Positions 1-10,210 of a DNA stretch of 64,000 nt are shown one piece after another. The DNA comes from an uncultured cyanobacterium. GTDB lineage: Bacteria > Cyanobacteriota > Cyanobacteriia > Pseudanabaenales > Pseudanabaenaceae. The notes beneath the pieces are model-generated. The model saw nothing but the letters and a program-made list of their open reading frames with translations, had not been told where the DNA came from and did not search any database. Position numbers and translations under genes: made by a program. The stretch's first letter is position 1, and each line of letters begins with the position of its first letter. The DNA is taken from contig OY969811.1 in assembly GCA_963703315.1 (NCBI GenBank), positions 1,536,001 through 1,600,000 of the forward strand, written 5' to 3'.

Positions 1-812
1 TTGCCTTTTTGTCGATTGGCTCTAAGGTGGCAGGTTTTGGTCTAGCGCTCAGATTTTTGATTACCGCGTTTCCTCTGGCTTCTCTACAATGGCATTACGT
101 GTTTGTCGTATTGACCGTTTTGAGTATGGTCTTGGGCAATGTGGTGGCGATCGCGCAAACCAGCATGAAGCGGATGTTGGCTTACTCCTCCATCGGTCAA
201 GCGGGTTTTGTAATGCTCGGTATGGCGATCGACTCCGAAGCGGGTTACGCCAGCATGGTGTTCTACCTGATCCTGTATCTGTTCATGAACATGGGCGCAT
301 TCGCCTGCATGATCCTGTTTGCATCCCGCACAGGAACCGACCAAATCAGTGAATACAGTGGTCTGTACCAAAAAGATCCTTTGCTGACCCTTGCCTTGAG
401 CGTATGCCTCCTCTCGCTCGGTGGTATTCCCCCTCTCGCTGGCTTCTTTGGTAAGCTCTACATTTTCTGGGCAGGTTGGCAAGCTCAAGCTTACGGCTTG
501 GTCTTACTAGCTCTAGTCATGAGTGTGGTTTCTCTCTATTACTACATCCGCGTCGTCAAGATGATGGTAGTTAAGGAACCTCAAGAAATGTCTGCTTCGG
601 TGAAGAATTATCCAGCGATCGCATGGACTCAAGTAGGTATGAAGCCTCTCCAAGCAGCGATCGTCTTTACGCTGATCTTCACAGCGATCGCAGGTATTGC
701 TTCTAACCCTCTGTTCTCCCTCTCCAATCAAGCTGTAAAAGAAACTAAGTTTCTCCAAGCTAAAGCACCGAATGCAAAATCAGTAGCAGTCTTACCCACA
801 ACTGCACAATAA
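1..812 (+). CDS. ndhB: NAD(P)H-quinone oxidoreductase subunit 2 (NdhB/NuoN), 5'-truncated by window edge
   Basis: Motifs [42 protein letters not shown]; frame open to the window start. Confidence 0.95.
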   Translation, partial: AFLSIGSKVAGFGLALRFLITAFPLASLQWHYVFVVLTVLSMVLGNVVAIAQTSMKRMLAYSSIGQAGFVMLGMAIDSEAGYASMVFYLILYLFMNMGAFACMILFASRTGTDQISEYSGLYQKDPLLTLALSVCLLSLGGIPPLAGFFGKLYIFWAGWQAQAYGLVLLALVMSVVSLYYYIRVVKMMVVKEPQEMSASVKNYPAIAWTQVGMKPLQAAIVFTLIFTAIAGIASNPLFSLSNQAVKETKFLQAKAPNAKSVAVLPTTAQ

Positions 813-827
813 AAACTAAATCATAAA

Positions 828-862
828 ATAAAAAAGGGGTGCAATGCGCCCCTTTTTTTATT
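828..862 (+). terminator. Intrinsic terminator-like hairpin after ndhB
   Basis: aaaaaaggggtgc-aat-gcgccccttttttt, GC stem flanked by A/T tracts. Confidence 0.75.
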
Positions 863-905
863 AAAATATCTTTTGTCATTAATTTTAGTAAGAAAGATTT
901 ATTTT

Positions 906-1634
906 ATGAGGGGAGAAGTTCAGTTCAGATCTGATAAATTAGCAGTATTGATTGATGCTGATAATACCAGTGCATCTGTTGTTGAGGTTTTACTAAAAGA
1001 AATAACTAAATTTGGAACTGCATACATTAAAAGAGTTTATGGTGATTGGACTAGTCCTCAAATGAATGCTTGGAAAAAAGTACTCAATGATTTCGCAATT
1101 GTTCCAGTACAACAGTTTGGTTATACAACAGGGAAAAACTCAACTGATAGCGCTCTAATTATTGATGCAATGGATTTGCTTTATACCGATAAACTAGACG
1201 GATTTTGCATAATTTCGAGTGATAGTGATTTTACAAGATTGGCTCATAGAATTAGGCAAGATGGTGTAGTTGTATATGGATTTGGCAAGAAGCAAACTCC
1301 TAAAGCTTTTGTAGCAGCTTGCGATCAATTTGTATATACCGAGTTGCTGGATGTACATATAGAAACTTCTTCCGATATTATCCAAGATAAATTGGTAAAG
1401 ATTGAATCGTCTGAAAAAAACGAAAAAAAAGATAGGCTAAATGAGTTGTTAAAGGAAGCTTTTGAATATGTCGCACGTGATGATGGGTTTGCTAATTTAG
1501 GAACTGTTGGTCAACAGTTATTAAAGCTTGATCCAGCTTTTGACGTTAGGGAATATGGCTATAAAAAACTAGGAGAATTACTTAAAGCAACAGAAATTTT
1601 TGAAGTCAAAGGCAATGATACGAAACTAAAATAA
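906..1634 (+). CDS. NYN (LabA/DUF88, PIN-like) domain protein with C-terminal OST-HTH/LOTUS domain
   Basis: LAVLIDADN, KRVYGDW, GKNSTDSALIIDAMDLL, SSDSDF; C-terminal FDVREYGYKKLGELL; ATG at 906 preferred over TTG at 873. Confidence 0.85.
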   Translation: MRGEVQFRSDKLAVLIDADNTSASVVEVLLKEITKFGTAYIKRVYGDWTSPQMNAWKKVLNDFAIVPVQQFGYTTGKNSTDSALIIDAMDLLYTDKLDGFCIISSDSDFTRLAHRIRQDGVVVYGFGKKQTPKAFVAACDQFVYTELLDVHIETSSDIIQDKLVKIESSEKNEKKDRLNELLKEAFEYVARDDGFANLGTVGQQLLKLDPAFDVREYGYKKLGELLKATEIFEVKGNDTKLK

Positions 1635-1727
1635 AGTTGATATTTGAAATAAGCTTCTAGCTTGAAAATAAGAGAATCTATGCTGTAGTTACCTGTCAAT
1701 TAATTAACGCAATTCACAATTTGTTAA

Positions 1728-2208
<481 letters not shown>

Positions 2209-2227
2209 AGGTCTTCTAAAACTATTG

Positions 2228-2340
2228 TCAAGAATGGTTTAAGAAAGAACTGTTAGAAGGGATCGTTAGGGTGCGATCGCATAGAAAACAGGTAAAAAAG
2301 AACTTTTACTCATTTCATGAAAATATATTTTTGACTTATC
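2228..2340 (+). repeat. Local degenerate repeat, intact copy A, HIP1 at its centre
   Basis: Left half matches 3221-3270 and 4153-4212; right half matches 4919-4980. Confidence 0.75.
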
Positions 2341-2409
2341 GATCGCATTAGGCGTTATCACAGTTTAATTGCCAAAAGCTATAATCAGTAATAGTTTGCG
2401 AAACAAGTT

Positions 2410-2751
2410 ATGCTTCTGCCTACAAATACAGCGATCGCTGAAGAAAAATTGACAAAATATCTCTTGGTGCTTTTGCCCAAAGATGACAAATCACAATTTC
2501 TTCAGAAAGCTGGTTACACATTAGAAAATTGGCAGCAGTTAGAAATTGACCTAAGAGCGCAAATTTTGACACAACCTGCCAAGTTTGTAGAAACAACGAT
2601 CTATGGAAGTAAGTATAGAATTGACGCAACCCTAAAAGGAGTTAATGGAGTAGAGCTTGAAATTACTACTATCTGGATGCTGACAAATCAACAAGCAAAG
2701 TTTGTTACCTTAGTTCCTAAATGTTCAAGCGATCGCGAAGTAAATACATGA
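2410..2751 (+). CDS. DUF6883-like putative toxin/nuclease domain protein
   Basis: A.IAEEKLTKYLL, KSQFL..AGY...NWQ.L..DL, YG.KY, TIW, FVTLVP. Confidence 0.7.
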   Translation: MLLPTNTAIAEEKLTKYLLVLLPKDDKSQFLQKAGYTLENWQQLEIDLRAQILTQPAKFVETTIYGSKYRIDATLKGVNGVELEITTIWMLTNQQAKFVTLVPKCSSDREVNT

Positions 2752-3077
2752 AACCTAAATTTCCTTTATTCTCTGAAGTTGTCTTGCTGCAAGATATACC
2801 CATGTATAACCTCAAACGTGGTTTAGTTGCTACGGTTGTAGAACATTATCCCATGACTGAATTGGCGCAAGATGGATATAGTCTTGAAGGGTTTGATATC
2901 CCAAATGTGACAGTCGAAGTTGCAGAATCACAAATTATCTCTGTTGAACAATGGCAAAAAGAGATGGAAATTCTAGAAAAACTGCATCGATTAAGCGTAG
3001 TAAAACTAGTTCATTTGGAGTCGTACATCGAGAAACTATTAAGCGAAGACAGTAGCGATCGGCTTAAAGCATCTTAA
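2748..3077 (+). CDS. DUF4926-like protein, probable partner of the upstream gene
   Basis: FPLFSEVVLLQDIP.YNLKRG.VATVVE.Y, GYSLE; ATGA overlap with upstream stop. Confidence 0.7.
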   Translation: MKPKFPLFSEVVLLQDIPMYNLKRGLVATVVEHYPMTELAQDGYSLEGFDIPNVTVEVAESQIISVEQWQKEMEILEKLHRLSVVKLVHLESYIEKLLSEDSSDRLKAS

Positions 3078-3079
3078 GC

Positions 3080-3262
3080 TGCTATAGTTCCGAAAAAATT
3101 TTAGAAAACCTGCCAAGCTTAAACCTAGAAAAAATCTATGCCACAATTACCTATTATTTGAGCGATCGAGCTCAAATTGATGAGTATATGTTCCGCCTAG
3201 AGCAGTCACAAGAACATCATTATCAAGAATGGTTAAAACAAGAACCGTCAGAAGCGATGTAA
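3080..3262 (+). pseudogene. 5'-truncated DUF433-family antitoxin-like remnant
   Basis: Manual translation YSSEKILENLPSLNLEKIYATITYYLSDRAQIDEYMFRLEQ...EAM*; no start or N-terminal part. Confidence 0.65.
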
Positions 3263-3273
3263 GGTGGCGATCT

Positions 3274-3936
3274 CTAACTGATTGGTCTCTCTGCTATCAA
3301 TTTTGTTACCGTTTGAAAACCATCCATCCACTCAGATGTTACTTTGTTTCGCCAAAAAATTATTTTAAGAATACTATCGTAGTCATCCCTTACACTACGC
3401 GAAAATATTGGCTCATGATGAGCGATTCTATTCCTTAATTCCCGTATTTCACGAATATCGTCATGAATACAAGACCTTATCTGTTTAACAGTCATTATAG
3501 TAGGGGCATTCGGGAACAAGGATTTTATGTGAGTATTCCAAACCCGTGAATCATGACGAGACGTAAACATTTTTTCCCAAAACACAAAATTCAGGTCAGC
3601 AACAACTTTTCCCATTGTGGTTTGTCTTCGCGCTACTTCAATAAGGTTTCTTCTAGGACTATAGCCAGATGGTTTGTCAGGCAAGCTAATTATGAAACCT
3701 TGATTCCACGGCCAAGTTGATGTATGAACATCTTCCAACGCTTCAACAACTGCATTACGGGTACTAACCTCCAAAATATGCAGTGGAATAATAAAAGCAG
3801 AAGATAACTGTAAATTCCATTGATAAAGCTTGAGAGCCTTTGTCCTGTCATTACCGCAATATCGAAGATAGGTGGCAAAACGTGGTTCTGAAATTATATG
3901 AGGAATATTTGACAGATGTTCATGGGAGAAAAGCAT
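3274..3936 (-). CDS. Abi-family (AbiD/AbiF-like) HEPN RNase protein
   Basis: ISEPRFATYL, ALKLYQWN, LEVSTRNA, LNFVFW, HEPN-type RNRIAHHEPI. Confidence 0.8.
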   Translation of the reverse strand: MLFSHEHLSNIPHIISEPRFATYLRYCGNDRTKALKLYQWNLQLSSAFIIPLHILEVSTRNAVVEALEDVHTSTWPWNQGFIISLPDKPSGYSPRRNLIEVARRQTTMGKVVADLNFVFWEKMFTSRHDSRVWNTHIKSLFPNAPTIMTVKQIRSCIHDDIREIRELRNRIAHHEPIFSRSVRDDYDSILKIIFWRNKVTSEWMDGFQTVTKLIAERPIS

Positions 3937-4005
3937 TGCAACAATGACTCTTAAATTTCTTTAAAAAATACTGATTTCTGTAGAAATTTTATAGTATAAT
4001 AGTAC

Positions 4006-4097
4006 GACATAGATGCCTTGAGGTCGCGGGTTCAAACCTCCCCTCTTAGCGAAACGATTATCTCAAAAGCTCACTCTGAAAGGTGGGCTTTTGTTTT
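4006..4097 (+). ncRNA. Candidate small RNA divergent from the Abi gene
   Basis: TATAAT at 3995-4000, hairpin gaggt...acctc (4020-4040), terminator caaaagctcac...gtgggcttttg plus T-run (4064-4097); no ORF. Confidence 0.4.
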
Positions 4098-4274
4098 GGG
4101 CTATTTCAAATAGCCTCATTGCCTACAGTAAAGGTCATCACAAGAACAGCGCTATTAAGAATGCTTAAAAAAGAACTGTCAGACGCGATTATTAGGGTGC
4201 GATCACAGAAAAACTCATACAAATTTTTTAGGCAACTTGTAGAATAGCAATACTGATTAGCTGAAAATACTCTT

Positions 4275-4910
4275 ATGGCTGTCACCCTACCTATTTCTAA
4301 AACTATTTTAGCGATCGCGGATGTTGAAGAAAAATTTCAACTGTTGCCATGTACCGCACCGACATTTTTTAGAGAGTGGCAAGATAATTTACCAGAACTA
4401 ACAGAGATTGAAAAAGCTGCACTTGATCGCCTATTGGTAAGATTTGCAGCCCATAGAAGACGTGGCATTTTAGCCGAAGGTGCTGTTGATAAGCTCATGA
4501 TCTCGCCACTTTTAGATTTGGTAGGATTTTATGAGCCTGAATACGAGGTGCGTACCGAAGAATCAGTTGAATTTGCGATAGAAGGTGATGAAGAAATTTT
4601 GCGCGGTAGAATTGATACCTTAATTGTGCGAGATTGCTTCTGGATATTAGTGATTGAGGCAAAACGCACGATTATGGCTTCGTTAGCAATGCCACAAGCT
4701 TTGTCATATATGATGTGTAACCCACAACCTGATAGTCCATCCTTCGGAATGATCACAAATGGTGATGAATTTATTTTTCTGAAGGCGATCGCTCAGCCAA
4801 AGCCCCTCTACAGTGCTTCGAGATCGTATTCCATATTTTTCCCTACTGGTAGTCAAGATTTAGTCGAAGTGTTCCGCGTCTTAAAAAAGATTAAGAATCT
4901 TCAGAAGTAA
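4275..4910 (+). CDS. PD-(D/E)XK restriction-endonuclease-like protein (HsdR N-terminal-like, common in cyanobacteria)
   Basis: ISPLLDLVGFY, LRGRIDTL, LVIEAKR, QALSYM, GMITNGDEFIF. Confidence 0.75.
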   Translation: MAVTLPISKTILAIADVEEKFQLLPCTAPTFFREWQDNLPELTEIEKAALDRLLVRFAAHRRRGILAEGAVDKLMISPLLDLVGFYEPEYEVRTEESVEFAIEGDEEILRGRIDTLIVRDCFWILVIEAKRTIMASLAMPQALSYMMCNPQPDSPSFGMITNGDEFIFLKAIAQPKPLYSASRSYSIFFPTGSQDLVEVFRVLKKIKNLQK

Positions 4911-4999
4911 TCGCAAGCTCGCATAGCGAACAGGGAAAAAAGAACTTTTACTTATTTCATAAAAATACGCTTTTTACTTAACAATTACATTTTGAGTTT

Positions 5000-5035
5000 T
5001 CCTCCAAGTAAGAGCAATTGCTCTTACTTGGAGGA
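5000..5035. repeat. Perfect 36-bp palindrome between convergent genes
   Basis: tcctccaagtaagagcaattgctcttacttggagga. Confidence 0.9.
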
Positions 5036-5037
5036 CT

Positions 5038-6284
5038 CTATAGAACCTTGCCGACGAGCGATCGCCCGATATAGTTACTATTCCGTGATTGCGAAGCGAT
5101 CGCCTGACCATTCACTAACCATTCCAAATTAGGGTCAAATAACGTTGCTAGCTTGGGTGTAGCGATGCCTAGACATTTGGCAGGATTAACACTTACAGCC
5201 TGCCACAGTTCACTAGCGGTTAATAATCCTGTAGTCACTAAATTCTGCCAAAGTACGGGAAGCGCAAACTCTAGACCGATCGCGCCGACAGGTGCAACTT
5301 CAAAGGGAACCACTTTTTCTTCGTAGGCACAAGGTGTATGGTCGATCGCGATACTATCAATTGCCCCTGATTTAATTCCTGCAACTAAGGCAAGGCGATC
5401 GCCTTCACTGCCGAGGGGGGGACTCAGGCGCAGGTTGGGATCATAAGTTTCTAAGTCGCGATCGCAGTGGCAGAGATGGAGCCAAGTCGTACTAGCGTTT
5501 ACAGGTAATCCATCATTTTTTGCTTGAGCAATTAGTTCCACACTTTGAGCAGTGGAAATCCTTATAAAATGCGTGGGGGCTTTGGTGAGACGGACTAATT
5601 CGATCAGGGCGGCAAGAGATGCAGTTTCGGCGGCGGCGGGATAGCCTGTCATGCCATATTGCAATGACCATTTGCCCTCACGGATGACACCACTACCTGC
5701 AAGATCAGGATTTTGGGGAACAGAGCGATCGGCTTGCCTAACGGTTTAATATATTCCATCGCTCGACGTACTAACAAGAGATTGGAGATCGCTTTGCCAT
5801 CGGTAAAGCCAATCACAGATTCGGCAAGTTCTGCCATATCAGTCAGTTGTTTGCCCTCCAAACCTTTCGTAATTGCGCCCCAAGGTTGGAGAATGTCACC
5901 ATGTTTTTGCTGAACATTACGCCAAAACTCTAGAGCCGCAATATCATCGATCACGGGTTGAGTATTGGGCAAGATGCCAACATGACTAAATCCACCATTT
6001 TTCGCAGCTTGGATTAGCTCTGTAATTGTTTCCCGTGACTCATGCCCCGGCTCACCACTGACGCTATGAAGATCAACTAGTCCAGTTCCTAAAATCAGTC
6101 CCGATCGCTCGTCAATATTTATATTTTCAGGAATTTGGCTAGCAGCAACATTAATCTGAGTTTGGCGATCGCTATCAATTAATACATCGGTAAAACTTTC
6201 AGCAATATTTAATGAGGAATCTACATTGAGAATTCGTACCTGCTTGAAGAGAACAGGATACGCGATAGAATTTTCTAAAGGCAT
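5038..6284 (-). pseudogene. pyrC: Dihydroorotase-like protein (cyanobacterial PyrC-like) split by a 1-nt frameshift near 5711-5718; true pseudogene or sequencing error
   Basis: Upstream ORF GLVDLH..SGEPGHESRET, GGF..V..LPNTQP; downstream ORF LSPPLG...DR, IAIDH.P, GAIGLE.ALP; adding one base in ccccaaaa restores ...ALFP-(Q/K)NPDLAGSGVIREG... Confidence 0.8.
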
Positions 6285-6362
6285 AGCAAAACGATTTTCT
6301 TTTTACTCTATAGCGTGATGTGCGCCAAAACCTAAAAAAAATGTTTATCGGTTTTACTAAAT

Positions 6363-7421
6363 ATGGATGCAGCACTCACTTCTCAAGATATTTTGCGCCG
6401 CTATGCTAAAGGCGATCGCGACTTTAGTGGCATCAACCTCAATGGCCTCAAACTTAGTGGGGCAAACCTCAGCCATACCGATTGGCTCGATGTCAACTTT
6501 TCTAAAGCATATTTAAACAGTACTGTCTTTACCTTTGCTTGCTTGACTCGTGCCAATATGCGCGGAGCTTTGATGGTGGGTGCAAATTTATGTGGTGCAA
6601 ACCTCAACCAAGCAAGTATGAGTAATGTCAATCTCTCTAATGCTGATCTGCATGGAGCGAGTCTGCAAGGGACAACGCTCTTTGGTGCAAACCTCAGTCT
6701 TGCCAATTTGATGGATGCAAATCTAATTGATGCAGATATGCGAACCGCTAATTTGAGTGGTGCGAACTTGATTGGAGCCTGTATGAAAGGTGCAAATCTT
6801 AGGCAGGAGAGAGCTGTTGGCGATCAGCATGAAATTGATGCTGGTAAAAAGAAACGGAGTACGGCGAGTCTTGTTGGGGCAAATCTGTCTGGGGCAGACC
6901 TACGTGGCGCAAATCTCTCTGGGGCTGATCTGTACAAAGCCGATCTTAGAGGTGCGAATCTGCAAGAAGCAACACTAAGTGGCGCGAATCTTAGCGAGGC
7001 AAAGCTCAATAAAGCGAATATGCAAGGCATATTTCTTAGTGAAGCTAATCTCAGTAATGCCACGCTCTCAGGTGCGATTTTAAATAATGCCAAATTAGAG
7101 CGAGCTATTTTAATCGATACAGACCTGAATGGAGTTTCACTGCGAGGTGCGATTATGGCTGATGTGAAAGCAAGCCGAGTCCAGATGCAGGGGGCTGATT
7201 TAACGGATGCCAAGTTCTCGCGTGCTGATTTGAGTCGTGCCGATCTTAGAGGTGCGATTATGATTCGTACCAACCTGATTGAAGCTTATCTTGCCCGTAC
7301 TAATCTTGCTAATGCAGATTTAACTGACGCGATTCTCAATCGTGCGGAGTTAAGTAGTGCCAATCTCGTCGGTGCAATTCTGCAAGGAGCTACGCTTCCA
7401 GATGGCAAAGTCCATAAATAG
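6363..7421 (+). CDS. Pentapeptide repeat protein
   Basis: Extensive A(N/D)L.. pentapeptide repeats; N-terminal ILRRYAKGDRDF; C-terminal ATLPDG. Confidence 0.95.
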   Translation: MDAALTSQDILRRYAKGDRDFSGINLNGLKLSGANLSHTDWLDVNFSKAYLNSTVFTFACLTRANMRGALMVGANLCGANLNQASMSNVNLSNADLHGASLQGTTLFGANLSLANLMDANLIDADMRTANLSGANLIGACMKGANLRQERAVGDQHEIDAGKKKRSTASLVGANLSGADLRGANLSGADLYKADLRGANLQEATLSGANLSEAKLNKANMQGIFLSEANLSNATLSGAILNNAKLERAILIDTDLNGVSLRGAIMADVKASRVQMQGADLTDAKFSRADLSRADLRGAIMIRTNLIEAYLARTNLANADLTDAILNRAELSSANLVGAILQGATLPDGKVHK

Positions 7422-7460
7422 AGAGATGCGGCGCTTCGCGCCGCATCTCTCTATTTATGG
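7412..7460. repeat. Perfect palindrome (23-bp arms, gc-TTC-gc loop) containing the stop codons of both convergent genes
   Basis: ccataaatagagagatgcggcgc-ttc-gcgccgcatctctctatttatgg. Confidence 0.9.
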
Positions 7461-9463
7461 GAGCTAAATTTACCTACAGAATAATTAATTGCATAGCTCC
7501 AACTTAGCAGCCGCAACCATAGACGAGGATTGGTAGGTTCTAGCCATGATTGACAACTACGCAACAGTTGTGGCAGCCATGCTCCTAAAAGAGCATTAAC
7601 TAGAGAATTGCGGGTAAAAGATCCGTAACTGGATAGCCATTTCAGTAAATCCTCTATACCTGCCATTTCTAAGATCCAGAGAATCAGTTTCTGATTCTTA
7701 AAAGCAGCAATCAGAGCGAGACGGTTAAACATCAACCAATTGAGGCGATCTTTGATAAAGCGATCGCTAACGGGTTGTGGCTCATCGGCTAGCAATCCAA
7801 AGAACGTATTCAGCATTGAGTTAACCCGCTCTGGTGGCAAGTGCATTCCCGTCGGAACCATCATTCCTTTTGAGAATAACCAAGTTACGGCAATATTACT
7901 TTGATAAGCATTAATTTGGCTAAGGTCATCGGCTTTCAGAAGATCATGCTTGAGGGCAGTATCGAGCAAGGTCGCTAAGCGTGGTAAGTTCCGAACTAAA
8001 GATCCAAATCCTGTAAATACAAGTGGAGATTGGAGAGAAGCAGCATCACCGATCGCCAAAATTCGATCAAAGGCACATTTTTTAGAATTCTCATTGAGGC
8101 TGTAATGTCCCGTGATATAACCAAAGGTCGCCTTCTTCCAAGTCAGCTTTTCCATATCACAACGGCGATATTCTGGCAAAATCGTGAAGAAGTCCTCATA
8201 CATTTCCAGCAATGATCCCGGATTTTCGGGATGCACTTGATGATAATGGAACAGATAAACCGTCAACTCATCTTTTTCGGCGGGAAACAATTCCCAAATT
8301 AGTTGCCGTCCCCGTGAGATATCCCCATGACTAAACAGGACATCGCCATATTGAGAATCCCAAACGTGCTTATCAATACCCTCTAAAACTGCACCCACCG
8401 TCGGACAGACGCTATCAAAGGCTTGTCCCGCATTCAGTTGTTGGGCGATCGCCGAAGCCGATCCCATCGCATCAATCACCAATCGCGAATTAAGAATTAC
8501 CTCCGCATCTGTTTCCAGATTTTTAGCAAAGATAGTCGCGCCATTTTCACCAATAACGACTTTTTGGAATTCGGTGCGATCGCAAATTACAGCACCATAC
8601 TGATGCAATTTCTTACTACAAATTTCCAACAAACGATGAGTATCGATCGCAATATTTAAAACTGTCGGCGTATGCAGCACCTTCGCCTTGAGATGCGGTG
8701 GATTATTGCTATCAAAAAACTTATTAAAGCCATCGACATATTCCGCCGTGATCATTGCTTCAAATTCTTCTTTGGTGAATAGCCCAAAGTCGATCAGATT
8801 CTGGAATTCTGCGCGAGAAATATTCCATTCCCGATTCATGCGCCCAAAGGGAATTCGCTCTACTAAGCAAACGCGATAGCCTAACTTCGCCATCATAGCC
8901 GCATGGATCGCGCCCAATGCGCCGCCCAGATACACAATGTCATAGATTAAATCTGGCTTTACAGAATTAGCTTGTGAATCCTCAAAAATTACTTGCTTGG
9001 GTGTTTCAGGATTCTTAACACTTTCCCGCCAGCGCTTTTCCCACCAATAGACGCGATTTAGGTCATATTCACCATTAGGAATACGTTGAAAGAACTTTAC
9101 CGTAAGCGGATACTCTTCGGCTAGTGCTTCAAAAATCGATTGATTCGAGGCGATCGCAGGTGGTTGTTTAAACTCGTAGGGAAAGGCAAGTCGCGCCGCC
9201 TTGGTCAAATGGTCAAGAAATTCCTTCTCACCATCCATAACCTCCTCTGACCATCGAAATACTTTGAGGTAAGTCGTGCGTTGTAATGTCCAGATAAATA
9301 CTGATAATTGCGCGATCGCTCCTGAACGATTTTGGCGATCGAGGATAAAGCCATGCTTAGCAACGGATTTTTTCCCAAAGGGTGGTTGATACTCAGACTG
9401 GAGCCATGTTTTCACGGCTGCAACCTGAGGTGTAGGGATCTCGATGTAAAGTAACTGCTGCAT
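7451..9463 (-). CDS. cruA: Flavin-dependent lycopene cyclase, CruA family
   Basis: YDIVYLGGALG, MNREWNISR, VCPTVG, GRQLIWELFP, IGDAASLQSPLVFTGFGSLVRNL; ~670 aa long form with N-terminal LYIEIPTP extension. Confidence 0.7.
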   Translation of the reverse strand: MQQLLYIEIPTPQVAAVKTWLQSEYQPPFGKKSVAKHGFILDRQNRSGAIAQLSVFIWTLQRTTYLKVFRWSEEVMDGEKEFLDHLTKAARLAFPYEFKQPPAIASNQSIFEALAEEYPLTVKFFQRIPNGEYDLNRVYWWEKRWRESVKNPETPKQVIFEDSQANSVKPDLIYDIVYLGGALGAIHAAMMAKLGYRVCLVERIPFGRMNREWNISRAEFQNLIDFGLFTKEEFEAMITAEYVDGFNKFFDSNNPPHLKAKVLHTPTVLNIAIDTHRLLEICSKKLHQYGAVICDRTEFQKVVIGENGATIFAKNLETDAEVILNSRLVIDAMGSASAIAQQLNAGQAFDSVCPTVGAVLEGIDKHVWDSQYGDVLFSHGDISRGRQLIWELFPAEKDELTVYLFHYHQVHPENPGSLLEMYEDFFTILPEYRRCDMEKLTWKKATFGYITGHYSLNENSKKCAFDRILAIGDAASLQSPLVFTGFGSLVRNLPRLATLLDTALKHDLLKADDLSQINAYQSNIAVTWLFSKGMMVPTGMHLPPERVNSMLNTFFGLLADEPQPVSDRFIKDRLNWLMFNRLALIAAFKNQKLILWILEMAGIEDLLKWLSSYGSFTRNSLVNALLGAWLPQLLRSCQSWLEPTNPRLWLRLLSWSYAINYSVGKFSSHK

Positions 9464-9526
9464 GGCTCAATAAAATAAAAATATTTTTCTTATATCCTCT
9501 AATTTTGGCATATATTGCGGTTTGGA

Positions 9527-10207
9527 TCAGGTTTGCAAGTTTTCCAACTGCGTAATCCATTGATCAAAATGTGGACATTTTTCTCTTATCTTTGCTAACC
9601 CAATCTTTTCAACTACTTGAGGCGCTAAGCTGGTTTTTAGTTTTTTATACTTTGGAATGACTTTTTCAAGTCTTTTAGAAGGAGCCGTAGTTACATCTTG
9701 GTTAATTAATTCTGGAGAAGAATATCTTTTACATTCTAATAACAGGCGATCAATATCTTTTTTGTAGTCATCATATTGGGGGAAGTCTTTATACAACTCT
9801 TCAAGATCAGTAAATATTAAAGCTTCAAATTCATGTAATTGAATATAGGGTATAAATCGATAATGATTAATATCTTTTGCAAAAGCAGATTCTAATAATT
9901 TAACTTTGAGATAAGGATCTAATGGTTTATTGGCTTGTTCAAATCCTGGAAAATCATTTGGTAATGCATATAGATCAAACATTGTTGTAAGTATTACTGG
10001 TTGACTATTTCTCTCTTTTAATAAACGATTAATTTCATTTTTAACTTTTGCATAGTTAGCTACTCCTCCTCCTATGCCCTTAGATCTATTTGTTGGTACT
10101 AAACTATATTTAATATTAATATTTAGCTGTTTTAAATGTGGACGCAAAATGTTTTTAACAAATGTTTCCTCTGTTGGTCCTTCTACAAGAATATTTAGAA
10201 TAACCAT
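9527..10207 (-). CDS. DUF4276 family protein (TOPRIM-like)
   Basis: ILVEGPTEETFV, TTMFDLYALP.DFPG, FIPYIQLHEFEAL, PELIN, APSKRL, CPHF..W. Confidence 0.85.
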   Translation of the reverse strand: MVILNILVEGPTEETFVKNILRPHLKQLNINIKYSLVPTNRSKGIGGGVANYAKVKNEINRLLKERNSQPVILTTMFDLYALPNDFPGFEQANKPLDPYLKVKLLESAFAKDINHYRFIPYIQLHEFEALIFTDLEELYKDFPQYDDYKKDIDRLLLECKRYSSPELINQDVTTAPSKRLEKVIPKYKKLKTSLAPQVVEKIGLAKIREKCPHFDQWITQLENLQT

Positions 10208-10210
10208 CAG

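Noticed and set aside
4010..4050. tRNA gene suggested by gaggtcgcgggttcaaa
   Set aside because: No acceptor stem, D-arm or anticodon arm can be built; kept only as a tRNA-like motif in a candidate ncRNA.
5649..5720. Programmed ribosomal frameshift in the pyrC-like gene
   Set aside because: No canonical slippery heptamer or stimulatory structure seen; an indel or sequencing error is simpler.
6401..7273. Antisense ORFs with RFAP repeats
   Set aside because: Shadow frames of the pentapeptide repeat gene.
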